In this document: positions 35,508-47,774 of the stretch, piece by piece | Position numbering within the stretch: position 1 is the first letter of the stretch | Layout of the letters: each line of letters starts with the position of its first letter | DNA from: Piromyces finnis finn | Taxonomy: Eukaryota; Fungi; Neocallimastigomycota | Direction: 5' to 3' | Assembly (NCBI GenBank): GCA_002104945.1 | Contig: MCFH01000065.1 | Coordinates: 227,491-291,490, forward strand | Length of the DNA: 64,000 bases | The notes under the pieces: generated by a model | What the model was told of the DNA's origin: nothing | What the model saw: the letters and a program-made list of their open reading frames with translations, nothing else | Databases searched by the model: none | Made by a program: the position numbers and the translations under genes

Positions 35508-36633
35508 TCAACATAAAGCCTTTTTTTTTTAATTCTTTCTCTTTTTTTAAATAAAAAACATGTAGTATTTTTTTTATTCCATATTTTAATCGCTATTTAC
35601 CATCATTTACAAATGACTTTTTTTTATATATACTTATTCTTCATTATCTATCATAATATTTTTTTTATAACAATAAGCATTAATAAAAATTTTTAATAAT
35701 AATTCATAATAATAATCACATTATTATTCCATAATAATAAAAGTTTTTTATAATATGCATAATATTCATAATAAAAAATAAACTATAATTTATAATAATA
35801 TAAATGTATTGTTTTACAATTTCAATTTTGATGTTTACATTTTTTTAATGTAAGCGTTTACATTTACATTATAATATATGAGTTTCCATCCATATTTCTT
35901 TTTAAATCATAATTATACATTAAACTTTTTTTTAATTTATCATTCAACTAATTCCACAATAAATTTTTTAAATGTTAAAAACTATATATGGTTGGATTAA
36001 TTTAAAATGAATTAAATCTTAATTATACAATATATTAGAATATATTGATATAATAATTTAATATATATTAAATTTTGATTATCATTCATTTAATTGAATT
36101 TGATCTTTACATTTTGCCATCGATGGTTTCTTTTCATCATTTAAAATAGAGTTTTCTAAATTAAATAAAATATTAAGTTTTCTATTAAAATTAAATTAAA
36201 TATAAATTAAAAAATAAAATAAATTATAAAAGTATTTAAACAATAACATCAATTAAAATAAATTAAATTTAATTTATTATGCTTTATAATTTAAATTAAA
36301 AATTATTATTATGATCTATTTTAATGACTATTTTCGAATTTTTACACATTTTTCTTTTTTTTCCTAATAAAACTACTTTTTTCCTTTTATGGTATCTATT
36401 AAATTGTATACAAAATCATTTAAAACGCTTGTCATAATATTATATGATAATACTAAAAAAAAAGCAACTATTTCCAAAAATAGAAAAAAGTCATCGATGA
36501 AGCCTTTATTACATTATTCTTCCCTTTGTGTATAAAATATATTGGCTGTTTAACTGTGTAATGCTACATAAATCTAAATGTAATAGAAAAAATAATTATT
36601 TTTTTAAAGTATTTAAAGTTTTATTTGTGGCTG

Positions 36634-36665
<32 letters not shown>

Positions 36666-37479
36666 TCATAAGAGGATGGATGCAAAACAACAATTTGAAA
36701 TATATAAAACATAACATTTTTTATAAAGTAATGCAAAACAACAATTTGAAATATATAAAACATAACATTTTTTATAAAGTAAAAAGTGATGATAATACTA
36801 TGTGATAATAATAATAAGGATGCTGATTATCATGATCATTATTGAATGGTATGATTAGATGCTTTTTGGTTTAAAAAAAAAGTATAATAAGAGTATATTA
36901 TAATAAATAGATGTTAGAATAATGAATAATAACTAGTGGATTAGTGAATAGTATTGAATTATTAAAAAAAAAAAAAAGGTTAAATTAGTACTTTTATCTA
37001 AATTTGGTTTAAAATGTTAAATTTATGTAAATAGTGCGATTAATATAATTTATAGGAAAAAAATACTTTTTTTCAATTATAATACAATAGTATGTATATA
37101 AAAATCTTTATAATAATTCTCATTCCAAAAGTTATAAATATCTTTGATACATAGACCAATACTTTTTTTAAAAAATTTTAATTTACTCATTAATATCTGA
37201 TGTAGCAAAGTTGCGAATAGAGGAGTAATCATTCTTTGAAGCTCATTTGAATACTATAAATTTATTTTAAAAAAAAAGTAAGATTTATTCATTTTTTTGC
37301 TGGATTAATAAGAATGTATATTTTTAAGATGATTTTTAATGGATACAATATATTGTTTATATTTGTAATATTATTGATATTATAAATGTCATAATTGAAT
37401 TTTTCTATATGACTATCATAACAAATTCATCAAGAATACTATATATTATCAAATTAGTGTATTATTTGTTTATTTAATA

Positions 37480-37830
37480 TTCTGGTTACATCAAGTCAAC
37501 GAAAGTATTATCGGTGCAATAAGTACTGTTATTGATGCTTTAACAGTAGCAGATTATGGTGTACGTCTTGTCAGTGACTGGTTTTCTCAAGATAAAGAAA
37601 TTCTATATTATTTGGGGTAATGAATATGAAGAAATTAATATTTGTCCAAATTTATGTGTTGAAGTATGTTCAGGAGCTTTACTTAGATTAAGATACTTAA
37701 CCAAAATAGTTTTTTTCATAAATTCATTTAATAGATATGGTAGAATGTACTTGTGTAGCAGCAAAAATAGATGTTCATTATAAGACCACATTTTGTTATG
37801 ATAATCTTATTGGTGGATTAAAAGAAGTTG
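37480..37830 (+). pseudogene. Possible decayed coding fragment, unidentified
   Basis: GC-enriched island with protein-like partial frames (QVNESIIGAISTVIDALTVADYGVRLVSDW) broken by stops and shifts. Confidence 0.25.
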
Positions 37831-38368
37831 GAAATACTCCATTAATAAAAAGAGTTATAATTATTAAAAATACTTTTTTTTTTTAAAAAAGTAAAGTTAA
37901 TTTCTTTTTAATAAAATGTATATTTTAAGGGTACTTTATATTGGTATTAGTTATAAAATTATATGTGACTTAAACCTAACTTTATATAATTTTTAGTATA
38001 ATATTAATTATTTCCATAATGTAAGAAAATATAATGTAAATGTAAAATAATAATCCATATAGTTCCATCCTTATAATTTATAAATTATTATTAAATAAAT
38101 CATTAGTATAAATTGACCAGAGAATAATAAGTATTATTAAAGAGGGCTTCTTGTTTTAGTAAAGTTTAAATAGTTAAAAACGACAGGATAAACATTTTAG
38201 TATTTAGAGAGAAGAAAAATATTGAAAGGTAATTAATAAAATTTTATATCATTTAAAGCTATATTCTTTCTACATAAAAACAAACCCTTGTCAATATGAT
38301 ACGAGCTAATATGCCTAGCCACTTATTAGCCATTGCCATTAATTACTATAATTACTATAAATACTTTA

Positions 38369-38821
38369 TGATATGAAACTAATATGTCTAGCTACATATT
38401 AGCCATAATTATAATAATTTTTATTATTTAAAATATTCAATTTCATATTTAAAAATTTATATCAAATATTTTATAATAATATAATAATTGATACATTATT
38501 TATATATTAATTATGGAATGTATGTACATATTTCATTACATTTTTATATATTAATATAAATTATTATTCATATATTATGAATACATTACATTATATAATT
38601 GATATTCAATTATATGTATAAGAATTTTATAATATAAAAATATTCATGTAAAAATAATTAATAATTAGAGAGAAGAGTTTTAATAATTAATAAGAAAAGA
38701 TTATAAGTGAAATTATTAATAAGAGAGAAGTTAATAATAATAATAAAGTATTTTCACCTAATATAATAAATTATAAATAAACTAATATTAAATGACTACA
38801 ACATAAAAGAAACATATATCA
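38369..38821 (+). repeat. 5' LTR type C
   Basis: TGATATG...ATATCA, homologous to 21246-21831, followed 3 nt later by a TGG-type PBS. Confidence 0.85.
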
Positions 38822-38824
38822 AAT

Positions 38825-38841
38825 TGGTGCGAAGTGCGAGG
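38825..38841 (+). promoter_or_regulatory. tRNA primer binding site (TGGTGCGAAGTGCGAGG)
   Basis: Its complement reads C-CUCGC-ACUUCGC-A-CCA, which fits tRNA 3'-end geometry (C61, 7-nt acceptor strand, discriminator A). It resembles the ...UUCGCACCA end of tRNA-Phe, but the isotype is uncertain. Confidence 0.75.
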
Positions 38842-39508
38842 TTGTAGAATAAAAATATTAATATTAGTTAATTAAATCTATAATATTGGTGAATTTAGTG
38901 ATTTATTCTGTGTGTTTTATTGATAAGTGGAAGATAAACGTGATATTATTGAATTTAATTGAATTGATTGTTAATTTTATATTTCTTTATTTTATTTGTG
39001 TATTTTGTGAAATTTTGAGTATTTACTTTAATCAAATTATATTCTAATATCCACAATAATATTATTATTAATACAATTTTATTATTTTTATATAGTTGAA
39101 TATGAGAAACTGGGGAAATCGGACCAGAATAAAAACGATTAATCTTTTATTCATAAATGTTTATTAATTGGTAGATTATTTATTTTATTTTTGTTCAATA
39201 ATTTGAAAAGTTTTATGTTATACTACTATATAACATTATATTATATATAAAGAATTTTATATTTAAGAATTATTATAACATTTTTCATAATATTTCTACT
39301 TCCTTTTATTTATTTTATAATATTTGATTAATCTTACTACCAACTATATTAGTTATAGTGAATTTTTATTTTAAAGAAATTTTCATCTTATTTTTAAGTG
39401 AATTAAAATATTGTATTCTCTTATTTTAATTCTATTTATTTATATTTATTGTATCAGCATTTAAATGAATTAAAATATTGTATCTTCTTACTTATTTTAA
39501 TTCTAACT

Positions 39509-39926
39509 ATTTTATTTTATTTTATTTTATTTTATTTTATTTTATTTTATTTTATTTTATTTTATTTTATTTTATTTTATTTTATTTTATTTTATTTTAT
39601 TTTATTTTATTTTATTTTATTTTATTTTATTTTATTTTATTTTATTTTATTTTATTTTATTTTATTTTATTTTATTTTATTTTATTTTATTTTATTTTAT
39701 TTTATTTTATTTTATTTTATTTTATTTTATTTTATTTTATTTTATTTTATTTTATTTTATTTTATTTTATTTTATTTTATTTTATTTTATTTTATTTTAT
39801 TTTATTTTATTTTATTTTATTTTATTTTATTTTATTTTATTTTATTTTATTTTATTTTATTTTATTTTATTTTATTTTATTTTATTTTATTTTATTTTAT
39901 TTTATTTTATTTTATTTTATTTTATT
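39509..39926. repeat. (TTTTA)n microsatellite, about 83 units
   Basis: Directly visible perfect pentanucleotide run. Confidence 0.98.
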
Positions 39927-39989
39927 CAAAGAAAATTAAAATATTGCATTACATTATTTTAATCCTATATTTAAGAATTATTTTCATAC

Positions 39990-40310
39990 TGTAAAGATAT
40001 AAGATATATCTTTAGATTATTTAATAATTAATTATTAATTATTAAATAATAAATTAATATTTAGTAAAACTTATAAAATTTTTGAATAAATTTTATGGAA
40101 TAATTTAATAATAAATTATTTTATAATAATTCCGTTAAATTTAAATTAAGATAAATATTTAAGTTTAAGGAATAAAAGAATTTTAATTAAATTTAAATAT
40201 TTCAAATATTTTAAATAATTAAAATATTTTTTAAATACTTTTTATTTAAATTTAGAATAACTTAATAATTAATTATTAAATAATCTAAAGATATATATTA
40301 TATCTTTTCA
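39990..40310. mobile_element. LTR-B fragment with a fold-back end (about 270 bp forward plus about 50 bp inverted LTR start)
   Basis: Starts TGTAAAGATATAAGATATATCTTTAGATT. Ends with the reverse complement of TG(A)AAAGATATAATATATATCTTTAGATT. Confidence 0.85.
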
Positions 40311-40315
40311 AAAGC

Positions 40316-40564
40316 ATGCGTCTAAATGAAGAATCTACCTTGGAAAATATATTACCTATTGAGAATCCTAATAGTACAAAAACAAAAACTTCAATTCAAA
40401 TACTAAAAGATTCAAAGGAATATAATATATGCACTGCCTTATTAAATACTCCAGCTAATATTACATTTGGACAACTTTTAGGTGTTAGTAAAACGTCCAA
40501 AGCCGAATTAATTAGAGGATTAAAGAATTTAAAGTTGGATAATAATATTATTAGTACTCCTTAA
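40316..40564 (+). pseudogene. Gypsy Gag/pre-protease fragment, probably from the LTR-C element
   Basis: YNI..LLNTPANITFGQLL is a motif typical of the segment before the protease in fungal gypsy polyproteins. Same strand as the LTR-C and its PBS. Confidence 0.6.
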
Positions 40565-41260
40565 TAAATTGACGTTCAACAGGAGTAGTTGAATAAATTG
40601 GCCCATAAAATAATGAAGCATTAGGTTTCAAATCGATAGAACAATCATATACACGATGTTCAGGAAATTCATCAACTCGTTCTTCATTGAAGACTTCATA
40701 TAAATCTTCATATTCCAAAAGTATACCGTTGATAGATTCTATTAATTCAGGATTCTGATCATCGGCTGTGAAGACTGTTTCTGTTGGAATGGAAGTTGAT
40801 TTATCCAAATTTGAGCCTTCGAGTTCCGTGATAAACATAACTTTAATATAGGGGTTAAGATATAGAAGAAGTTGGTTTTCATGAACTTAGAACCTAAGAG
40901 AATCGAAGAAGGAAGCTGATCAGCTACGTGGCATCGAAGTTTGTATTGACGAACTTCTCGAGTTCCTTCTAAAGAAGATAAGTTCATTTCAATGTTGAAC
41001 TCTTCTGTGATGTAATGCATTAGGACATTACCTCCCATGACCTTTACAACAGTATCGGCTGGTATAATCTTGATTCCTAGTTTCTTCACTAGATCCTTAT
41101 GAATTACATTGGCAGTAGAGCCGAAATCTAAGAGAGACGAAGTGATAACCTGTCTAAATCCTTTAGAAGTTTTTACAATAGTCTTCACGATGGGATACTT
41201 CTTCGGATCAGGATTTGGTAGCTCTAAGATATCTTGCTCTTCTACTTCACAGAGATAGCT
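40551..41260 (-). pseudogene. Protease and RT-start relic of another chromovirus-like family
   Basis: LLDFGSTAN (degenerate protease motif) and EVFNE...FPEHRVYDCSIDLKPNASLFYGPIY, similar to the copy 1 RT start, with frameshifts. Confidence 0.8.
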
Positions 41261-42832
41261 GGAGTATGAATGTAAAATATTCTATTCTAAGTTCAGGTTT
41301 GTATACACTAAATCAAACTAACACTAGTTATAAATTTATTTATTATTAAACTTTATTTATTTATTAAATTATATTAAACTAAACTAAACTAAAACTAAAA
41401 CAACCGTTGACTACTTTACCGTGAAGGTTATTTTACCAGAGCCCTCACTAGGTAATCAATTATTAATTAAAACTAAACTAATTATTAACTAATGTTAATT
41501 TATCTAAACTAAATTAACCTATACCACTAACTATACGATTTTCCAACTATCGTTTCAATAGTTGAAAAATTTTCTTTATTTATACTTTTTAAATAAATTG
41601 AATAAATTCTAATATACATGTTTTAATATTATAATTTTACATTGTTTACATTTATGCATTTATTAAAAGAAATTATTTGTATTAAACTATTTAAATTCAA
41701 TTTATTTACTAAAGAATTTTCTAAACTTAAAATAAAGTTTTGATTTATTTACTATATGGTTGATTATATTTCAAACATATATTTAATTTATTTATTTCTA
41801 ATTTTGAGGCTTAGTTTAAAAAAAAATTTTTTCTTATCTAAAATATTTATTGGTTAAAAATTATTTAATTTAAAAAATTTATTTTATCATCAAAAACTTT
41901 ATCTTATCATAAAATTAAATTTACATAAATTTATGTTAATGTATTGTAATACATTATTTTATCGTAACTTTAGATTTCACATAGATTTATGTTAATGTAT
42001 TGTGATATAAATCTTGTAAAGATTTACGGTACATTAATTCAATACATTGTGCATTATTTTAAATACGTATTAAATACATTATTCTATTAATATAATATTT
42101 TACAATGAAATACTGTAACGAATTGGTACGTATTATTTAATAATACCATAAATTTAATTATTTATTTTATTTCCAGGAGTCGAACAAAAGGGATTTATAC
42201 AAAATAATATATTCTAATAAAAGAATAAAAAAAATGATTATTTGTATATTTATTTATATTATAACTAATAATTATTTTTTAGTGTTATTAATTATTTTGC
42301 TTTTACTTTTATTATTTTTAACAATTTATACACAAAGTATTTGAATATAAGAAAAAAAAAGGATTAAACATAAAAAAAAAATCTTATTTGTAACTTTCTC
42401 TTTTATTTTATTAATAAAAATAATTTTAAGTACATTTATATATTTAATATAAAAAATATTTTTAGTTAAAACAGATATAAAAATTCTCAATAATTAATTA
42501 TATTTATCAAAGAACTCTCTTTTCTTAATAAAAGTGAATTTTTGTTATTTTTATATAAAATTTTTATAATATTTTATTGGTTATTCAATAATAGATTAAA
42601 TTATTATTTTTCTTAAATAATTGCTAACCCTTAAAAATAACTATATAAATTTAATATTTTTAACTATATAATTTTATCACGTATCAAGATGCCTCCGCCG
42701 AAATTAAACTTCGTCTCCTGAAGTCTTATGGCAAGCATTGATATACGATAAAACAAAGGAAAATTTTAGTATTATCATTATTATTAAAATTTTTTTTTTT
42801 TTTTTTTTTTTAAAATTTAGATTTCGAAATTT

Positions 42833-42869
<37 letters not shown>

Positions 42870-43163
42870 TATATATATACTAAATAAAAATTATTATTAT
42901 AATTATTATTTATAATTATTATATTAAAATTATTAATTATTATTTGATCAAATTTACAATTTGAATTTTGAAATTTTGAAATTTTGAAATTTTGAAATTT
43001 CACAATTACTATTAATTGAAATGTATTTTTCCATCAACTGAAATTCTTTTAAATTATTTTTGTAAGTATTAAATTTTTATATATATTTGTAATATTGTTT
43101 ATTTATTATGATTACTACTATCATTTATTAGTATTATTTATTATCATTTATTATTTATTTATT

Positions 43164-43229
<66 letters not shown>

Positions 43230-43241
43230 TTATTTTATTTT

Positions 43242-43273
<32 letters not shown>

Positions 43274-43292
43274 TTCCTTAAAATTTCACTTT

Positions 43293-44354
43293 TCATTCTT
43301 CATTTACATATCCTACATAAGAGGTATAATACGGAATTATATTTTTAAGGTGAATATTGCGTTCGGCTATTTCCCCTGTCTGTGGGTCACATACCGTCAC
43401 AGTGTTGAATTGTCGTTTAATAATTTTTAAAGGTCCAATAAAGTACGGGTCCAATTTTCGACGATTGAAGTGTTTTATCAAAACAAGGTCTCCGGGTTTA
43501 AATTCACTTCTTAATCTCCTTATTTGTTTTCTTCTATCCCTCCAAACCTCATTTGCAGTCTCAATATTGTTTATTGCTTCCTGAATCCAGTTATGGTGAG
43601 TAATAAATTTTCTAAGGTAGTATTCATCATCTGTTTCTTCAGGTCCTTTTTTATCTAAATTTATTGATAATTCAAATGGTTGCATATCTCTGCGACCATA
43701 TAATAATTCAAAACTACTAAATTTTGTTACTTCATTTTTAGCAGTTCGAAGTGCCCATAAAGCGCTAGGTAATATATCGTCCCATTCTTCATTATTTTTT
43801 CCTAACACTCTTAAATATTTTGAAATTTCTTTATTTCTGTTTTCAATTTGTCCATTTGAAGCAGGATGGTAAGTTGTAATATATTGTACAAACACATCAT
43901 TAAGATCTAGGAATGCTTTAGTTCTATCTGAACTAAATTGTGGTCCATTATCTGTAACCAAGACTTCTGGAATACCATGCCTACAAAACACTTCCGTTAA
44001 AAATCTTATCACATCTTCAGATTCAGTTTTTATTAATGGGGAAGCCTCTACCCATTTAGTCATATAGTCCACTAAAGCAATAATATACCTTGAGCCTCTT
44101 TTAGTGGTATTTAAAGGTCCTATTAAGTCCAAACTAACACGAGTAAAAGGAAGTTCTGGTGGAGTAGCAATATTTTCAGGATATTTATTTAATGGTTGCA
44201 CTTTACATGTTTGACATTTATGGCAACCTTTGATGAATAATTTTATATCTTTAGACATTCCTTTCCAATAATAATCTCTACATAACCTATGATATGTTTT
44301 ATAAATACCTTCATGTCCTATTGCATGAGCTTGAGCTATTAATCGGATTTCCAT
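43293..44354 (-). CDS. Ty3/gypsy integrase (isolated open frame of an internally deleted element)
   Basis: HAIGHEG...CHKCQTC zinc finger; SLDLIGP, TDNGPQF and NGQIENRN catalytic core; YFIGPLKI. Confidence 0.9.
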   Translation of the reverse strand: MEIRLIAQAHAIGHEGIYKTYHRLCRDYYWKGMSKDIKLFIKGCHKCQTCKVQPLNKYPENIATPPELPFTRVSLDLIGPLNTTKRGSRYIIALVDYMTKWVEASPLIKTESEDVIRFLTEVFCRHGIPEVLVTDNGPQFSSDRTKAFLDLNDVFVQYITTYHPASNGQIENRNKEISKYLRVLGKNNEEWDDILPSALWALRTAKNEVTKFSSFELLYGRRDMQPFELSINLDKKGPEETDDEYYLRKFITHHNWIQEAINNIETANEVWRDRRKQIRRLRSEFKPGDLVLIKHFNRRKLDPYFIGPLKIIKRQFNTVTVCDPQTGEIAERNIHLKNIIPYYTSYVGYVNEE

Positions 44355-44367
44355 AGAAATAAAGAAA

Positions 44368-44424
44368 TTGTCTTAGTGGTTAGTAACTAAGACTTTGATC
44401 CGAATGTCTTGAGTTCGAGACTTC
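44368..44424 (+). pseudogene. Degenerate tRNA-Gln(UUG)-like relic
   Basis: TAGTGGTTA, CTTTGATCCGA and a B-box GTTCGAGAC in tRNA order, but the stems are poor. Confidence 0.3.
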
Positions 44425-44715
44425 TAAATTACTTTTTTTATTTTTATTTTAATTTTTTTTATTTTTTATCAACTCGAAATTCTTTGATTGGTTAAGAAAT
44501 TTAAGTTGTAAAAAATCTTTTAGATTAATTTTAAAAATTTTTATATAAATACGAGTGGATTTTTCTAAATTTAAAAAAAAAATTGAGTTTTTATTAATTA
44601 ATAAATTATTGTTAAACACTAACCTATTAAGTTAAAATTTGTGTGTTTTTAATAATAATTTTAAATATTAATAATTAACAGTAAGATAAAAGTGTTTTAT
44701 ATTTACTAAGTTATT

Positions 44716-44998
44716 TTAGTAAATTGTTATAAATTTTTTATTGTTAAGAACACATTTCCTTACAAATACCATTATTGGGTTTAGTACTTTTATTGAGATT
44801 TTGGGTACTAGATTTGCTATCCAAATTACTGGAGCCTTTTCCTTTTTGGTTAGACGGGCGATTGTTGCTATTGTTCTTCCTTTGGTTGTTATTACGATTG
44901 TTAGTCTTGTTAGGGTTCTTGGAATAAAGATTTCCATGAATACCTAATAAATTGGCTATTAAGGGGTCTTTGTCCTTGTAGTTGGATTGTCTTTCCAA
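44716..44998 (-). pseudogene. Gag-like low-complexity fragment (frameshifted)
   Basis: Asn/Lys/Arg-rich coding-like segment upstream of, and co-oriented with, the integrase. Confidence 0.4.
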
Positions 44999-47774
44999 AG
45001 TATCAATTATTATAAATACTCATTTTATACAGAAACATAAAAGAGTTCTGTATTTTATCTTTAGAATTGTTATTATTGTTCTATTTCCAGGTTTTAAGTT
45101 TATCATTTTAGTAATAATTACTCAATTAGTTATTTATTAATTTATAAGTTTAAAAGAATTTCTAAGAAACATTTGAATAAACACTAGAATTAATAATTTG
45201 ATGTATACCATTTTATTTTTAGTTTATTTATTCATTTTTATTTATTTATTATTATTTTATTATTTTAGTACATTATTGGATTAAGTCATTTTATTTATTT
45301 AATAATTTATTTTATTATTATCACTATTAGGTCGTTTTTACTCAGAATTCATTATATAATAAAGAGAGAATATTATTTATTTAAGAAAGGGTTATATCTT
45401 CATAAAATTATTATTCATTCATTTTTAAGGGTTATTATCATTTATTTTTTTATTAGAAGTTACTATGGGTTAAGTCGTGTGTAAAGTGGGTTAGGGTTGA
45501 TATGTAACTTGGTCAGAATGTTTTTATATAATACAACTTAATCTTTAATAAAATATTAAACTTGTTTACTATTAAACCTTTTCTTTAAAACTTATTAAAG
45601 AATTTTAAATAATACTAATTTAAAAATTAAGTAGATTTTTATATTTAAACTAAAAATTCTAATATAATTTAATTATGAAATTTATTTATTAATTATTTAT
45701 TTATGAAATAATATTTATCAAGTTATATTATAGATTATAATTAATAATTAATAATCTTACAAAGAATTTCAAAAATGATTTCAATTCTTTGTTTAAATAC
45801 TTTTTCTTACAATTAATAAAATTACATTGATATTAATATTGATATTAATAATAAAGATAAAAATAAAATAATTTTAAATTAAAATATTAATAATTGATAT
45901 TGATATTAATAATGTAGATCTTAAGATTAATCTTTTAAATTACTTTTAAAATAAAAGTATTGTTTTAACCATTTTAAATTGTAAATATTTAATATTATAA
46001 ATTGAGAATAACAATAGTTGATACTAATTATATATTCTCATAATTAATTAATTAATAATTATAACTAATAATTTTTGATCCAAAGGCTTTTTTGGTTTGA
46101 TTACGATTGAGGTTATTAATCAAAATCATTTGAAAAATTATTAATTAATTTTTATAATTGATTAGGTTTGTAATCAAGAATATTTATTATCTAACTTTAT
46201 TTTATAATAATGGAGAATTTTTAAATTGAATTATTTATAGAAAGTTGGATGACTTGAATAATGACTTTAATTATATAAATTAATATTGATCATTTTAATA
46301 TATATTAATTGGTACTAATTAAATCTTTGAATAGTTATATCTCAAGAACTAGTGGTCTAAATTAGCTGAAAATTTTTGAGAATATAGATCTCAACTAGTA
46401 CTTTCTAACAAAGTTGATTTGAAGTCTTTAGAAAAGGAAAATAGGACACGAGATTCAGAAGTTATCACTAGTTTCGTATAATGTATTTTTTTCTCAAGGG
46501 TTAATTTATTGAAAATTAAAATTTTGTGATCCTTAACCCTTTTCAATATTAAATTTTTTCAAGTGATCTTTTAAACGTATTTTATAATTTTTGAAATATA
46601 AATTTGATTTTTAAATTGTTTATTTGAATATTTAATTTATTTTTTAATCGTCTTCTATTCTTGACAAACAGTGTTAAATTTTGTGGTTTGGTTATGCGGC
46701 CAGGTCAGAATGTTTTTAATTATATAGCAAAATCGTTTTTTAAGAAATTAAATTTAATTATAAAGTAACATTTTAAACTTTTAAATGAAAAATTAATATT
46801 TATTTTTTAAAATAACTTTTTATGAAATTTTATTTGTTTAGTAATAATAATATAAATGATAATATATTTAATAACTATATAATTAAGATTATAACTATAA
46901 GCTTTACAAAGGATTAAAATCGAATTCAATTCATTCTATTTTATATTTCTTGTTCATATTATTAAATTGATAAAAATAAAGTATTACATGTAATATATTA
47001 ATAATATAATTAGATAAGTAATAAGATTGTTTGTTTGTTCGTTTGTCATGACATAAAAATAAAATAAGCATATGATTAATCATTTAAGCATTTGATCCTA
47101 ATTAGTAATTATAAAAACTATTCAATTAATTCATCATTATTAATTGATATTAACATAACATATTTATTATAATTAAATAATTATTATTTTAAAAATTATT
47201 TCTAATAAAACTTGCCTTTAACCTATTTTATAATAATTAAAATTATTTAATTTATAGGTGTTAACTGTTACACCTAAATGTCATTATCATTAATTAAATT
47301 AATATAATTAAAATTCCTATTAATAAATTTTTAATTTTCGTAAAGGCATAAGAAGTGTTTATGATCCATACTTGATGTCATATTGATTTTAATTTACCTA
47401 TTAAATTCTTTAAATGATCAGTTAAAAGGACCGCGATTGTACCAAAATGTAGCTTTTTTCCTAAGCTTTCTAATAAGCTTGGTTTCACAGCCGTAGTACT
47501 TACAACCGTAGCGCTCGTTTTTGGCGAGCTACGCCTTGTTTCGTGTTTGTTTATTTTTCGTTAAGGGTTATAGTGTATTGATAAATTTTTGAAAGCATAA
47601 CCCTTTCACTGAATCAAAATTTAAAAGGTGACTTTTAAAGGTGTTTTAAAATAATTATTGAAATTAAAAATACTTAAGTTAAAATAACTATAAAAATTCT
47701 CAATAATTAATTATATTTTATAAAAGAACTCTCCCTTTTAAATAAAAGTTAATCTTTGTTACTTTTATAATATT

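Noticed and set aside
39449-39994. ORFs of 181 and 153 aa (FILFY repeats)
   Set aside because: Translation of the (TTTTA)n microsatellite.
45460-47000. Possible LTR pair for the 43-45 kb gypsy relic (shared ggtcagaatgttttta at about 45511 and 46700)
   Set aside because: Similarity is too patchy, and I could not define TG...CA termini, a PBS or a TSD.
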